Below, piece after piece: positions 23,387-36,974 of a stretch of 64,000 nt of DNA. How positions within the stretch are numbered: the stretch's first letter is position 1; each line of letters begins with the position of its first letter. The notes beneath the pieces are model-generated. The model saw nothing but the letters and a program-made list of their open reading frames with translations. It ran no database searches and had not been told where the DNA came from. A program made the translations under genes and the position numbers. The stretch comes from Octopus vulgaris (taxonomy: Eukaryota): contig OX597815.1 in assembly GCA_951406725.2 (NCBI GenBank), positions 150,040,001 to 150,104,000 on the forward strand, given 5' to 3'.

Positions 23387-25939
23387 CTATTTAAAAGCCA
23401 GATAAGTGTAACGCCGCCAATGGGGGCATCGAAAAGCCGACTGTAAAAGTCCGTTTACCATCCGGCCTCTGGCAAACAAAATATGGAAGAGTTCGGAGAC
23501 ACAAAGGTTGCACTGCCTTCTGCCCCTATCAAATGGGAGGGCCACCGACAAAATTGACCATTCCAGCCTGTAGCTTGAGTTCGTATCCTTCAGTCGCCAT
23601 ATTAGCTTGCTGAGTCCCGTGGTCTGGCGCTTGTTCATGTCCCGAAAAGTTGCGTAATGGTTGGAGACTCGCAAAGCCAACCTTGACGATGAGGCCCCTA
23701 CATAAGTGAAGACATCTGAGTCCGTGTAAACCTTGCATTGGTAGACGGCGTTTTTGATCTTGGAGTTCGCCGACGTGAATCTTATTCTGCTAGGATTAGT
23801 TTCTGAAATTAGAACTGCGTTCCTGTCACTATATTCGTTCCGAGAACTGTGCAGCCGCTTACTACTCTATTTTCCACTACGTCACTATTAACTATAGGAA
23901 TAACCCCTGATTCTCCACTATCTATCAGAGTGCTGTCATTGCTAGTGCCCGTGGTGCTGCTATTGCAGGAAATAATGCTGGGGATGCTATTGGGGCTCTC
24001 TACCCTACTCCCATTGTTACCGTCAACCACAACACCCCTATTTATAACTATACCCCTAGTGGGTACTCCCTGGCTGGAGCTGAGATTATGTGTCACTGTA
24101 CTGGCTCTCATATCATTATTACTACTATAATTATTCCTACTGAGCATTAAACCGGGAGCGGAAGAGGCTGAGCCTCCGGAAAAAGGTGATAGGGTCTTAG
24201 TAAGTAGCCTATTATTATGGGAGGCGATTATCTGGGCGAGGTTTTTAGTATTGGAGAAAGCTATCCTAACTTTATGCGAGTTAACCGTGGAGTAATATTT
24301 GGAATTTCTGGGGAAGTTATTGGCGATGGCTTGTCTAAACATGAGGGGGAGGTTAGTTCTAATCTGCTTACCAAAGGGAATTACAAACCATATATGCTTA
24401 TTCCTATCTGTGTGATGGGTCGGGACGCCAGCTCTCGCATTCGGGTGGATGATTCTCGGATGAATAACGGGTCTTGGGTTAGTGTAAGATCTCCCGGACC
24501 GATAATTATCCTTGTTCACTAAATTAAATGCGGGAGCGACTGCCCCGGCATCCGCCGCGCTCCCGTCCTTACTTAAATTGTTTATGTTATTATAGACGGC
24601 CCTATCCTGATGACCGAATGATGGCATCGGAAGGGCCGGATCAATATAAATTACCTTCTGCCTATAACCGGCCTTGGATAGTGCGGCGTTATAAAATTCC
24701 GCTTTCTGCATAAAAATATCGGCACTGGCGGACAAGCCAGACAATCTTAGAGAGATGTTTTTAACCAAATTGTCTGTTACGGTTTTGGCATGATTTGAGA
24801 AGACACTGACATACTTCAAATTAGTGGAAGGCTTATGGTAAGGGCAGTATGAGTCGCTATTAAGGTTAAGTGTAACGTCTAGGAAATTAGCCTTGGTGAG
24901 TTCATTATCAAAAACTATACTCATGCCCATTCTATTAAAAAACCTAGCTAACCTGCTCTTAGTTTTCTGCACTATTCTGTTCGTGGTGTTTTGCAGGTAA
25001 AACAGACAATCGTCACGATACAGGCCGCCCGCGATCTCCGGGAATTGGTCGGACAATTCGTAGAGAATATATATTCCGACAAAATCGGCTATCTGCGCAC
25101 TATCCGAACTACCCATATGGCACATCAAATTCATTGGGAGTATCTTTACGGATCCACAACTTATTATCAAACTTAATAAACGATTTCCTGGCAACTAAAA
25201 TGATATCTATCTCTTCTCTGGTGAGGCCAGCCTTGTTGTGAGCATGCCAAAGGGCCTTATTTAGCACACTAGGGTTAATCGAGGGGTAGAAGCTGGCGAT
25301 ATCAAACTGAATGAACCTAGTACGGTTCTTATTGGGGATGGAAGAGAACCACTTCACTACCTGCGAGGAGTTGGCCCAGAGGCTGAGCTTCAGCTTGTTT
25401 ACTAAACTAGGGATATATTTATCTAAAATGTACTTACTGATTATCCCGATATCAGATCTAGCAGGGCATATGAGTCTTAGCGCTGGGTTGGTGTGGAAGT
25501 TCGGTTTATGGTCCTTCACTATAAATCTGGGTTGCTTAGGGCTAAGCGGCTGAGTTCTCATTTGAATTCGGTGTTTAAATATTATTTCCTTAATTTCCAA
25601 GTTTACCTTCCTCAGGGTACTCCAATTGGTTTTTCTATAATTTTTCTTGATCTCTTTACCGAGTAAATCTAGGTACTGCTTAATGGGTAGCTTGTATGTG
25701 TTCCTGGTCTTGTCGGACTGGACCAGGACTCCGTCCGTTCTATTAATGTCCTTGGTAATTTTATCTAGGTATCTGAGGTGGGCATTTCTCCTGGGTGACT
25801 TCCTGAACTTAATCTTTCTAACCATGTCCCACAAGTCGTCCTCAAACTTCTTTAGTCTTGGGTCAGGTGGCGGCGTATCCAATGTTTTAAAAAGCCGGCC
25901 GTATTCGGACGATGCTGTTGTCCGGTTCGATTTTAGATC
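23387..25939 (-). pseudogene. PLE reverse transcriptase + GIY-YIG ORF, 5'-truncated, with two frameshifts (extra base at about 25117; shift at about 23812-23868)
   Basis: RT motifs: KDHKPNF..RLICP, FDIASFYPSI, FDVP/MGSSDSAQIADFVG, LYRDDCL, NFLDVTLNL. Endonuclease: NAVYQCKV..YVGAS..R..NH..LSKLIW..CNLCVSE..CPH. Confidence 0.95.
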
Positions 25940-26478
25940 TTACACTTATCTGGCTTTTAAATAGCGTTTATAAATAATACCGGCACCCATAGCCCTTGGT
26001 AACACATTCTGAAATAGCCCTTGGTAACAAATTCTGAAATAGCCTTTAAGATATTTACGATTAACCACTGCAAGGGGAATTACTCCTGTAAGATAAACGG
26101 AGCTTGGTTTTTTGACAACGGGGGGTTACCTTGACAAGGCAGGCTCAGACGAACACACACACACATAAAACATAATATATATATAGAACAGTATACACAC
26201 ACATGTCTCTAAGTAGATTTTTTCTCGCATTTTGGTAAATTGTGCCTTTCGAAACACGTGTAGAATGAAATAAAACGATTTCTGTTCAATCTTCGTTCAG
26301 CTCCATTTCTTCAATTCACCAATAATATTTTAATTTCAATTATCCGCACCAACGCACGGTTGCAACACCATATGGTTGTACCTCCAACCGTGCTGTTTTC
26401 TGCTGTGATTTTTGCTACCAAGGTATCGGTTAAACTTTTGATTAATCTGCTACAAGATTATTCATCTTTCTATTTCAC

Positions 26479-27000
<522 letters not shown>

Positions 27001-27349
27001 TAGATAGATAGATAGAGAGAGAGAGAGAAAGAGATATTATGTACATGACAGGCAGTGGGACAGGAATCAAAACTATGTGGTTGAGAAGCAAGCCCCCTAT
27101 TACACAACCACGCCGACGCCATATAACATCCATAAGAAATAATCAAACATGAAATCAAATATTGAGATCAGAATTTTACATTATTAGAATTGAGCAACAT
27201 AGAATTCTAACCTAACTCTTCTATAAATATGGCAAACATGCTATCCTTTATGGAATTTATTCTGTTCGCTTCACAAAATTGTTTCCTTGTCCTCAAGAAT
27301 TATGTTGATATCATAAGAATCTAGAAACTTCGGGATGTATGGAACAAAC

Positions 27350-27900
27350 CACTTTTAAGAATGGAACTCAACTGTAAACTGGGTTACGGTTACGGTTTTA
27401 GGGTTAAGGTTAGGGTTGGGATTTTATGGTTAGAGTTACGGAAAAAGTGAAAATGAAGAAATTGGAGTGGGGTGCAAAACAATCTTTCCGAAAACAGTAG
27501 CTAAAAAACAGGAAAAAAAAAACTAACAGCAGTAGAAATGCACGAATAATTGTGGTGGTGCCATGAAGTAAACATGTTTCAGATACACTTATTTATTCAT
27601 ACAAACGTAACTGAGATGAAATATGTCATAAATAACAGTGACAAACGAATATACACCGCCGATAGTTGTTGTTGGCAAACAACGGCAGTAATTTTATTCA
27701 CCTGAATATACGTCATTGATTGGTTGACATTACCGAAATACGACTACCTTAACAGGAAATAACTTTGAAAATATAAACTTTTCTCAACAATGCTAAGAGT
27801 AAAAGATGTTTTATATGACACATTCTAACAGTGTCTGAAGTTTGAAAGTGTTTAATTACAAAAAATTAATTTCTCGATCTGCCGTTCAAAAATCCTCATT
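27350..27900. mobile_element. Putative non-autonomous DNA element (possibly Helentron-associated) containing degenerate GGGTTA repeats
   Basis: GGGTTACGGTTACGGTTTTAGGGTTAAGGTTAGGGTTGGG at about 27381-27420, with a GC-containing end motif GATCTGCCGTTCAAAAATCCT. Confidence 0.4.
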
Positions 27901-27939
27901 ACATTCTCTTCTGAACAAGACGCAGATTCGTTGTAGAGT

Positions 27940-28330
27940 TCAAGGCCAGTAACTTTGAGAAGACGGGTTAAGTCAATTATATTGATCCCAGTTCTTGACC
28001 ATTATTTTATTGAGCTCGAAAGGCGGAAATGTATAGTTGAACTCGGCGGGATTTAAACTCAGAATGTAAAAAAACTGAAACAAATGCCGCTCAGAATTTT
28101 TTCCGACGTACGTACGAACGATTCTGCGAGGTTATCGGTTTAAAAAAAATAACCTTTATACAATGGGAACAAGGCCCGAAATGTGGGAAGGAGGACTTGG
28201 TGATTACATCAATCCTAGTTCTTTTATTGACTGAAAGAGATTAAATGCAAAGTCGACATCGATGGAATTTGAACTCAGAACGTAAGGGCTAACGAAATGC
28301 CACAAAATATTCTGCTAAGTAGCCACTTTC
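27940..28330 (-). mobile_element. Two degraded family-1 SINEs
   Basis: AAGGCC..AGTC..GAAAG..GAATTTGAACTCAGAACGTAA motifs occur twice. Confidence 0.7.
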
Positions 28331-29550
28331 AAGAAGGAGATAGGTTTGTTTAATTAAATGTATCATTATTTAGTCGCGTCAATACTAAAATCACTATTTA
28401 CGTATTTCGTTTATTCACCATCTGTTTCTGTATTTAAATTCTGTCATTTCTGACACCTGACAACAAAACACCCCAGGCTGCCGAAATAAAAGTCATTTGC
28501 TGACTAATATATTCAAATGTATTACTTGGTAAGACAGCTTTATTTATTATAAACTAAATTATCATTATGGCTAACGTGTGCAAGAATAACTACAGTATTT
28601 CAGCTGTTCACTCAATATTTCAATTTTGTCATATCCTGACACTTATTCTTCTGAGTTCGAATCACACAGATGTCGGATTTGAGCTCCAAATTGAAAAGTT
28701 TGAAAGAATAAACAATATTCATCTAAGAACGTGAATTATCTTGAAATAAACGAGATCCTATAAATTTGTGTCCCTACACTCCTGAAAATCAACAATATGT
28801 TCTTGTTTTATCTGTTTTATTTATATTATGAACTAATGTCACATTAAGAGATATACTACAAGATAGGATTTTTACTAAGTTCCATTCCTGTCATCTATGG
28901 TGTAAACGGAAAAGTACTACCGCGTACTAAATATACGTCTGGTACAAGTATGTATCGTTAAGTCTACTATGACGGAAAATATTTTGGAGACACACTATGT
29001 GTAAGCATCAGATTTGTATTAATAAAAACACTGTAAGTGACCGACGACTCGTTTTACAATATATGGACTACTATACTTTACAACAATGTAAAGAGTAAAT
29101 ATAACGGTATCTGCTATTTTGATAATTATCAAGCCACTTCTAGGATATAATTAATATGTGTTTCAGTTACGAAACATTGAAGTATACCTCTATAGTATAG
29201 TATTTATATAGAAACGCATCCTCTCTCCATGTAAATGTATATACATGCAATCAAGCAATTTTACATTGGGTTAAAATTTAGATTTGACCATGCTGAGGCG
29301 TATAAACTTCAAGAGTTTATACGAACAAATCAACCCAAGTTTTCTATTTTCCGCTTTTTGCCAAACCACTACGTTATAAAGATGTGAAGTAACCGCCACG
29401 GATCACGAGGAGGTGGTGAGAGGACAAACATGAACACACACATACATACATATGCGTGTGTGTTGTCGCGCGCGCATAAACGTGAGTGTGTTTTATTTGT
29501 TTTTTTAATGTAAACAGATATCTATCTATCATTCTATATCTACCTATCTA

Positions 29551-29614
<64 letters not shown>

Positions 29615-29627
29615 TATATATATATAC

Positions 29628-31120
29628 GAAACTGAAGGATTAATCAATACTTTATAGAATGGTACATATTTATAAAAGTTTTACCAGGAACAATCTGGTA
29701 GTGACTGCATGATGCAAAACTACTCGCTTTGTAAGCCGATGCTGATGAACAAAGAGGCAAAACCTGACTGGCTTATTGACGGGCAAACTATTTTAATCTC
29801 CAAATCTACAGACACACACAAACCTCCTAAAGCTAACTTTCATAAGATGACGTCGTACAACACGTAAAGCATTTAGAGGAATATATCGCAGAGTTTGGAC
29901 ATATCTCTCAAGGCAAACAACCTGTTTTCAGAAGAGAAGCAGGAATGCTGGAAATACTGGTACAGTAGTGAGGATTAATTACTAATCAACAAAAATATAA
30001 CTAACGACAGTAGAAGGGAAATAAATTAAGGGTTTATGCATGGCAAGTATTGACTACCAAAGACCTTGGAGAGTATTACCCAGTAGGTGAACATAAAAGA
30101 ATATTCTTTTCTACTCCAGGCACAAGGCCCCAAATTTTGTAGGAGGGGGCCAGTCGCTTAAAGAGACCCCGAAAGGATAACAGGAGAAGTCGAACTCGGC
30201 GGATAAATGAGAACGCAAGAATAATGCTTTTTATTATAGGAACAAGGCCTGATGTTTTGTGGGAGGGGACTAGTCATTTACATCGTTCCCAGAATTTCAC
30301 TGGTACTTAATGTATCGACCCCGAAAATTTGAAAGTCGACCTCAACGGAAATTGAACTTGGAACGTAACGACAGACAAAATACCGCTTAGAATTTCGCCC
30401 GACGTGCTAACGATTCTGCCAACTCACCGCCTTGGATATAAACACTATTATGAGTAAATGGCAAACGACTATGTACATAAAAAGACATAGGGAACATGAA
30501 AACTAAATCCATCTCTGTCCCCTCTGACAGTTTTATATTCTAAGATACATCTTGATCCACTCTTTTTCTCTCTTGTCTTGTTGCGTTTAGTCGACATGCG
30601 TAATAGAATTAGACTTGGTTATAGGTGCTATTGTAAAACAGTGGAGCATTTTTGTATACGGATGTTTTCAAGTTGTATGATACAAACAAGGAGCTACAAG
30701 AAGCCAGGGCATGTAGTACGTATTTAATAATGAGATCAATAATAATTTGGCTTAGAAAAATGTGCGAATGCGACCTTGGAGAGAGGAAATTTAATTACGA
30801 ACATTGGTATTATGATAGATAATGAAGTTGTGATGTAATGTTACATCAAACATAGACATACAAATATTTGGGAATCAACGACGTAAACAGTATAGAGCCG
30901 ACGTAGATGAAAGGCAAAAGTTAAGAAGGAATATTATAGAGACATTAGATAGATTAATACTTGAAACAAAGATTAAAAGGAATAAGTAATAGGTATCAAT
31001 CTATACAATGTAGTAATAAGCTTCTTATAATATTTTAATTACACACAATAGGAAGTTACATGACTGGACACAGGGAAGAAGACGCAAGGAAAATATTGAT
31101 GCATTGATCAAGGAAAGGCT
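29628..31120 (+). pseudogene. Degraded RT region of an R4/Dong-like (RLE) non-LTR retrotransposon, interrupted by family-1 SINEs at about 30110-30435
   Basis: KPDWLIDGQTILISKSTDTHKP, NNLFSEEK, LLINK and IDYQK-like motifs, then YKYLGI at about 30860. Many stops. Confidence 0.7.
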
Positions 31121-31621
31121 TCGAGACGTTGGTAAAGTACATAGAGGATATCCTTCTCCTGTAGAGTTTTTCAGTCATTGATTGCGGCAGGCTGGTGCTT
31201 GTCTTGGGCCATAAATGCTACCAATTTTAGTTCTTTCAAAAAGAAAAAAAGAAAACAACATTCCATATTTACCTAATAGGGCTTCACCGAGAGTATTTTT
31301 CGGTAAATGCGAAGTCGCTTATGCTGTATTTTTCTGTTAGAATATGACTTTTATTTTTCTATGTTCTTATATGTTTTTAACATTAACAGAACAGTTAATT
31401 TCCTTTATTTAATGAAATTACTCTCAAGATAATGCTCCCAATAACAGAATATCTTAGAGTCGCGCGGTAAAACTAGGTGATACTTTAAAAAAAAACAGGT
31501 AATCAGACATTCCCAAAGGTTGCACCAATAATCTAGTTGTAAAAAATATATTTCAGTTACACCTGGATATGGGATTCACATTTTTAACCTTTGTCTTCCC
31601 CAAAATTATAATGGTTTTAAA

Positions 31622-31820
31622 TTTTGGCACAAGGCCAGTAATGTCGAGGGCAGGCAGTAAGTGATCTACATCGACGACAGAGCACGAATGGGACTTAATT
31701 TATCGATCCCGAAATAGTGAAAGATAACGTTGATCTCGGCAGGATTTGAACTTCCAACATAGAGAGGAGGAAGAAATATCACTCACAATATTGTCCATCG
31801 TTCTAACAATTCTACCGGGC
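31622..31820 (-). mobile_element. Family-1 SINE, degraded
   Basis: GGCACAAGGCCAG..TTTATCGATCCCGAAA..GATTTGAAC. Confidence 0.7.
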
Positions 31821-31974
31821 TCTAACGATATCATCATCCACAGTAATTAACTAGTTCGTTATTTTATTGACTACCTCCCAACTAGTAAAACACATGAAAA
31901 ACAGGAATAAACTCAGCTGGATTTTGAAGTCAAAACGATAACATTATAGGACATTTTCCGCAGTTAAATATCTG

Positions 31975-32150
31975 TTGTTGTTGTTGTTGTTGTTTGTTCC
32001 TTCGCAAACCACGCCTGGCTCATAGGGCCGGTTTCCCAGTTTTCTTGGCGTATAGGTTCCGTACCTGGACGGGACGCCGGTCCGTCGCAGGTGAGCTGTA
32101 AGATACAGGAGGAAATACTGAGAGAAAGTTGTGGCGAAAGAGTCAGCAGA
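31975..32150 (-). mobile_element. 3' part of a family-2a SINE with a (CAA)n tail
   Basis: Minus-strand CTGCGACGGACCGGCGTCCCGTCCAGG..TATGAGCCAGGC matches 2625-2710. Confidence 0.8.
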
Positions 32151-32179
32151 ATAAACATTTTCTATTAAAGTTATTTTAA

Positions 32180-32990
32180 TAAGTTATGTTATATTGATTG
32201 TTAATTTGATTCTATAATTATTTAGTTGTTGAAGATATGTATTTCATTATTAGATTATAACTGTACGTTATTTGTAAGTTACTACTTAGCCAGTGAGATA
32301 TATACATCGTTAAATAGTTATACAGTTCTTTTAAGATAGGTTATAAATTTATAATTTGCTTTTTCATCTTTAAATTTTTAATATATTTCATAAATATATT
32401 AATATTTAATATTTACGTAAGTATTAATGGACTAAATAATTAATATATTTTTCATTATATGTCTATATATTTATTGATAGAGTAAATTTTAGATCTTAAT
32501 TATTATATTTATTGATAATAATTTAGTTATTATTCTTAAATATTTTATAATTATTAGATGTGAACTTAAATTTAAGAATATGAATAGTCATTATTTTGTT
32601 AAATAATTTGGTAATTAGATATTGACTATAACTGAGTTAAGGATATTCGTGAGTTTATTGTGTTTTTAAAGCCATATTATATCTTAATAGATAAACATAT
32701 TTTTCTATCTATTTTTTTCCTTACAAATTAATATTTAACATAATAAATGGGCTGTATGACATAATTCTAATGTTTTAAGTTTCTAATTTGATATTGAATT
32801 TAAACTTAATTGTAATTCGAATTGTATTTTAGCCATGAAACGTACGTAGTGTTTTTACTCATTATATTATATTTAACTTTTTTATACTTTTTGGGTAGTT
32901 ATTAAAATAAATTTTAAGTTTAAAAATTTAAAAGTTTAAAAATATAAAAAAATATAAATATAAATTTAAAAAATTTAAATTGTAATAATT
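32180..32990 (+). pseudogene. Probable decayed NUMT of mitochondrial 12S rRNA
   Basis: Extremely AT-rich block with ordered 12S-like motifs: TGTAAGTT..CCAGTGAG (32273-32297), TTTTAGATCTT (about 32487), AACTTAAATTTAAGAAT (about 32563), AATGGGCTGTA (32746) and AGCCATGAAACGTAC (32831). The GTGCCAGC motif was not found. Confidence 0.45.
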
Positions 32991-33162
32991 TAAATTTTGA
33001 ATTTCATATGTAATATATATTGTATATTATATTAATTATATTTACTTTTTGTTTTTTTAGTTTTCACTTATGTCTTTCACTGTTTCAGTTGCCTAATAGT
33101 GGTTTCATCTCTAATTTAATTTATATTTTTCCCTGTAAGTTTGGATATACTCACTAATATTC

Positions 33163-33206
<44 letters not shown>

Positions 33207-33371
33207 GAGTGAGAGAGCAGTGCATGACATCAAAGTGACACTGGGGTAAAATATACAAAGCCCAGTTTACCCATCATGACTACCTGTCTGATAAAGGTAC
33301 ACTAGGCACATGCATCACAACCATATGTGCGCGACATGGTGATCTCATATCAAGAGAAACAGCGCATGACC

Positions 33372-33373
<2 letters not shown>
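33207..33373 (-). mobile_element. 3' fragment of the (TAA)n-embedded element at 52554-53108
   Basis: Reverse complement of about 52940-53108, with (TTA)n on both sides. Confidence 0.85.
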
Positions 33374-33452
<79 letters not shown>

Positions 33453-33454
33453 AT

Positions 33455-33648
33455 CAGCTGTGATATATTACTAGGCCACTACACCTTCCTTATTTTCTCT
33501 CCTTGTATCTTTCTGTGTTCCTTTCTGTGGAAGAGCGTAGGTTCGAAAATTTAAAGACTTTTTCACTTCCTGAGCGTTATATTAATACATGTGCAAGTGT
33601 CCTACATCACCTGTCTTCGTCGTTTTTTTGTGAATTCTCCCTATACAT
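33455..33648 (+). mobile_element. Short element with a variant HHR-like motif (copy 3 of 4)
   Basis: CTTT-CTGTGGA-A-GAGC-GTAG-GTTC-GAAA..AAAG, ending in (TA)n. Confidence 0.65.
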
Positions 33649-33659
33649 ATATATATATA

Positions 33660-34995
33660 AACTTACTCTCTGAGGCACGAGTCCAGTCAAAGTTGTTTAT
33701 GGAAGACCAGCAGCCGCACATGCATACAAGCCTCACTCCGCTACTCTTCATAATCTACATAAACGACCTTTCCAGTGTCGTACATTAGTGCAAAGTGAAA
33801 ATATTTGCTGATGACACCAAGCTCCAGCAAATCGTCAATGAAGAAGCAGACCGAACTCAACTCCAGTCTGATCTATATGCTGTAAGTCAATGGGCAGACA
33901 GAAACAAAATGCAACTGAACGAGGGAAAATTTGAGCTGATGCATTTTGGAAGAAATTCCTCACTAAAACAGCCATACTCCCTTCCTTCAGGGGAACCGCT
34001 CACCGCCTCTAACATCAGAGACCTAGGTGTAATTGGTGATGACGATCTCAGTTGGAGTGCACACATCAACAAGAAGGTCGATATAGCTCGTAGGATGAGT
34101 TCCTGGATCTTAAGAACTTTCCGGTCCAGAGAACAAGGTGTCACCATACCACTCTTCTCCTCCTTTGTACGGCCACACCTCGAATACTGCTGCCCACCGT
34201 GGTCTCCCCATACAAGACAAAACATCTCGAGGATTCAATCACCCCAGAGAGCACTCACTAAACGAATTGAAGGCATGGCTGCTCTCGATTATTGGGATCG
34301 CCTTAAAGCCTTGAAACTCTACTCTCTCCAGCGTCGCCGTGAGCGGTACATCATTTGTACAATGTGGAGAATATACCGCCAAATTTGCCCAAACGACCTG
34401 AACATAAGCTTCAAGGTTCATCCAAGCCTGGGACCACGGGCCATACGTCCCCTGCCCAATTCAAGATCACAGCATATATATATATACACTACAACATAAT
34501 TTCTTTTCCTCAACAGGCCCTGCCCTATTCAACATTGTCCCGAAAGAGATCAAAGAGGAACAGGATCCCATCAGCTGTAAACGGAGTCTGGATAGATTCC
34601 TTCAAAGAATACCAGATAATCCACCCATAATTGGATACAACTCACCCAACAAAAACTCACTACTTGAATGGACCATAAGTAAAACTTGACTTAAACAGGA
34701 TTCAAATAATCCTATCAGGTGGTGCTATTAAGTTAGACATGGCCTGGACCAATCATTGGTCGAAACACATCTAAGTTTATCTAAGTTTACACCACCGATG
34801 TTATCCAAGGTTAGCAAAGGCCGGTACAGCTTGGCCCCGGTGACGTTGCAACTCATTTCTACAACTAAGCGAACTGGGGCAACGTGAAATAGAGTGTATT
34901 GCTCAAGAACACCGCACGCAGACCGATCCGGGAATCGAAAACACAACCTCACGATCGTAAGCCCGACGCTCTAACCAGAGTCATGCGCCTTCACA
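33660..34995 (-). mobile_element. tRNA-derived SINE (family 4) split by the CR1 insertion into parts at 33660-33735 and 34790-34995
   Basis: The two parts join to match the uninterrupted copy at 55290-55630. Confidence 0.75.
33735..34790 (+). mobile_element. 5'-truncated CR1-type LINE (RT C-terminus plus 3' UTR)
   Basis: PLLFIIYINDL..KIFADDTKL..RDLGV..VRPHLEYC..WSPH..LYSLQRRRER. The 3' end has the stem-loop GACCAATCATTGGTC and an (ATCTAAGTTT)x2 tail. Confidence 0.92.
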
Positions 34996-35249
34996 TATAT
35001 ATGCATATGAACACATGTATATATATATATATACATACACACGCATATATATATATACCCACATGCACACACACATACACACGCACAGGCACAAACACAC
35101 ACGCATATATATTTATATATAATCATAGGTTGTGTTCACATCATGCAAGGATGGTTTCTTCTAAGGAAATATTGGCTCAATACCTAGTATTTTGGGAAAT
35201 CAATTTCCTTAAAATAATAGGTATATATAAAAACACATTTTATTTACAT

Positions 35250-35545
35250 TCAAAAGAAGAAGAAAATGGAGAATGGGAAGTTAATAATTGTTTATTAATA
35301 GTAAATTGGTCATTTTCCGTTACAGCCGTTTCTATCTTCAGTCAGCTAAAATATATTCACAAGCATACATATAGCATTCCAAAGTTACACCCTTTTACCT
35401 CTGATGATATTATGCTCATGTTCCATAAATGTAAATTTAATGTTTATTGAGTATTTACAGAAACGGCTGTAAGTAAATTTGACCAATTTGCTGTTAATAA
35501 TAAAAAAATTTTAACTTTCAAATCTCCATTTTCTTTTCTTTTTAA
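35250..35545. mobile_element. Old fold-back pLTR element with HHR motifs in both arms
   Basis: AAAATGGAG..TTGGTCA..TTACAGCCGTTTC pairs with GAAACGGCTGTAA..TGACCAA..CTCCATTTT. Confidence 0.75.
35394..35476 (+). ncRNA. Type I hammerhead ribozyme motif
   Basis: TTTACCT-CTGATGA-..ATGCTCA...TGAGTAT..-GAAA-CGGCTG-TA-AGTAAA. Confidence 0.7.
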
Positions 35546-36974
35546 ACAAATATAAAGTATATGTGTAAAGGTTACCTTATCTCTACTTCTTCAAGCTTGG
35601 TGTTGCATGTTCGAGATTCAATGAGGAAATCTAATAAAGCGAAACGTGCACAGATTTGTCTCCCGTACTTGCGAAAAGGATTAAAACTCACCAGTAACCG
35701 AACTCACGTCTGTTGCTTATAGCACACATAATACTAATTAATATCTCATTGCACGACACAATATGTGTCAACATTGAATATAAATTTGTGTGTGTCTTTG
35801 TAAAGTGTTATCTCTAATATAATGCAGATATGACAGAAGGTAACAATAATTATTATTAGAAGTAATTAAAATGATATTTATCACAATAATATTTATGACG
35901 TTGGAAGTTGATATGAATCATATGAAATTAAATAGCGAACGCCTGCAGATGTTTATCATTGTTATAATATTGAAATAGTATTTCTATTACTCGACATAAG
36001 TCCTGTATTCTTCGGCAATGACGTTTGTCAATTTGCTGTAAGTTAAACGGGTAAACAGCGAAAATGTCAATATCCACTTTCGTATATATTCATATATTAT
36101 CAATAGATTATAATATTACATTGGTTAAATATTTATTATCGATCAAACTGTCTAGACTGAAAATATCCTCAAGTGTGATATAACAAAACAAAACAAAAAT
36201 CGTAATGAGCTATCCTAATAAATTTCATCCGGGTATTATTATTTTTACGTCTGATTTCTGCCAATATCGTGTGCTGTTTTCCCAGGTGAATATCAAAGTT
36301 TACAGAATTAATAAGTAGAATTGAGGAAAAAATATAAATAAAAAGTGTAAGCAATACAGTTTTACCTCATCTTAAGAAACTTTCACTAATGTCAAAATTG
36401 ACTTCTAATGTAGTGACTGAGAGAAAGAGAGAGAGATAGAGACAGAAAGAGAGGAGAAAGAGCTAAGAATCACCAAAAATAACTAGGTAGATTAAGATTA
36501 AATTTTGTGTAGTTCATTTTTAAACATTTCCCAAAAGAATGCATGTACCATATAGAACGAGAGGTAAACCGAAACTAACTACAGAACTTTACAAACTAGT
36601 AAATAGCAATCAAATCTGCCTTACAGCATTCATACACATTGGAAACAGCCTGCTATTTGAGATCAAGAATGACCTGTGGCTAAATAACAGAAAAATCTCA
36701 CTCCTAACCAATTGAATTTGTGACGTCTGTACTGTAGCCAGTAAAATTAAGTATTCTATAAATTATCTTGAGGAAAAGTATGGAAAAAATATTCTTTCTT
36801 TTACTATTTTCTCATTTTTACTAAAACGTTATATATTTTAGATGTAAACCAATTGTTTACAGATTTGGTATAACAATTTTATACATTTCCCGAAAGATAT
36901 TTGTAGTCATTCTCTATTTCTGTCAACGTTTAACCTCATAGATAGTATTTTAAAATGAATATCATTAACCTTTC

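Noticed and set aside
23812-23870. Programmed ribosomal frameshift between the PLE RT and endonuclease
   Set aside because: No canonical slippery heptamer is seen, PLEs normally have one ORF, and a second clearly accidental frameshift exists at about 25117.
34740-34790. CTG-GACCAATCATTGGTC-GAAAC as a hammerhead
   Set aside because: The core lacks ANGA and there is no stem I. It is better explained as the CR1 3' recognition stem-loop.
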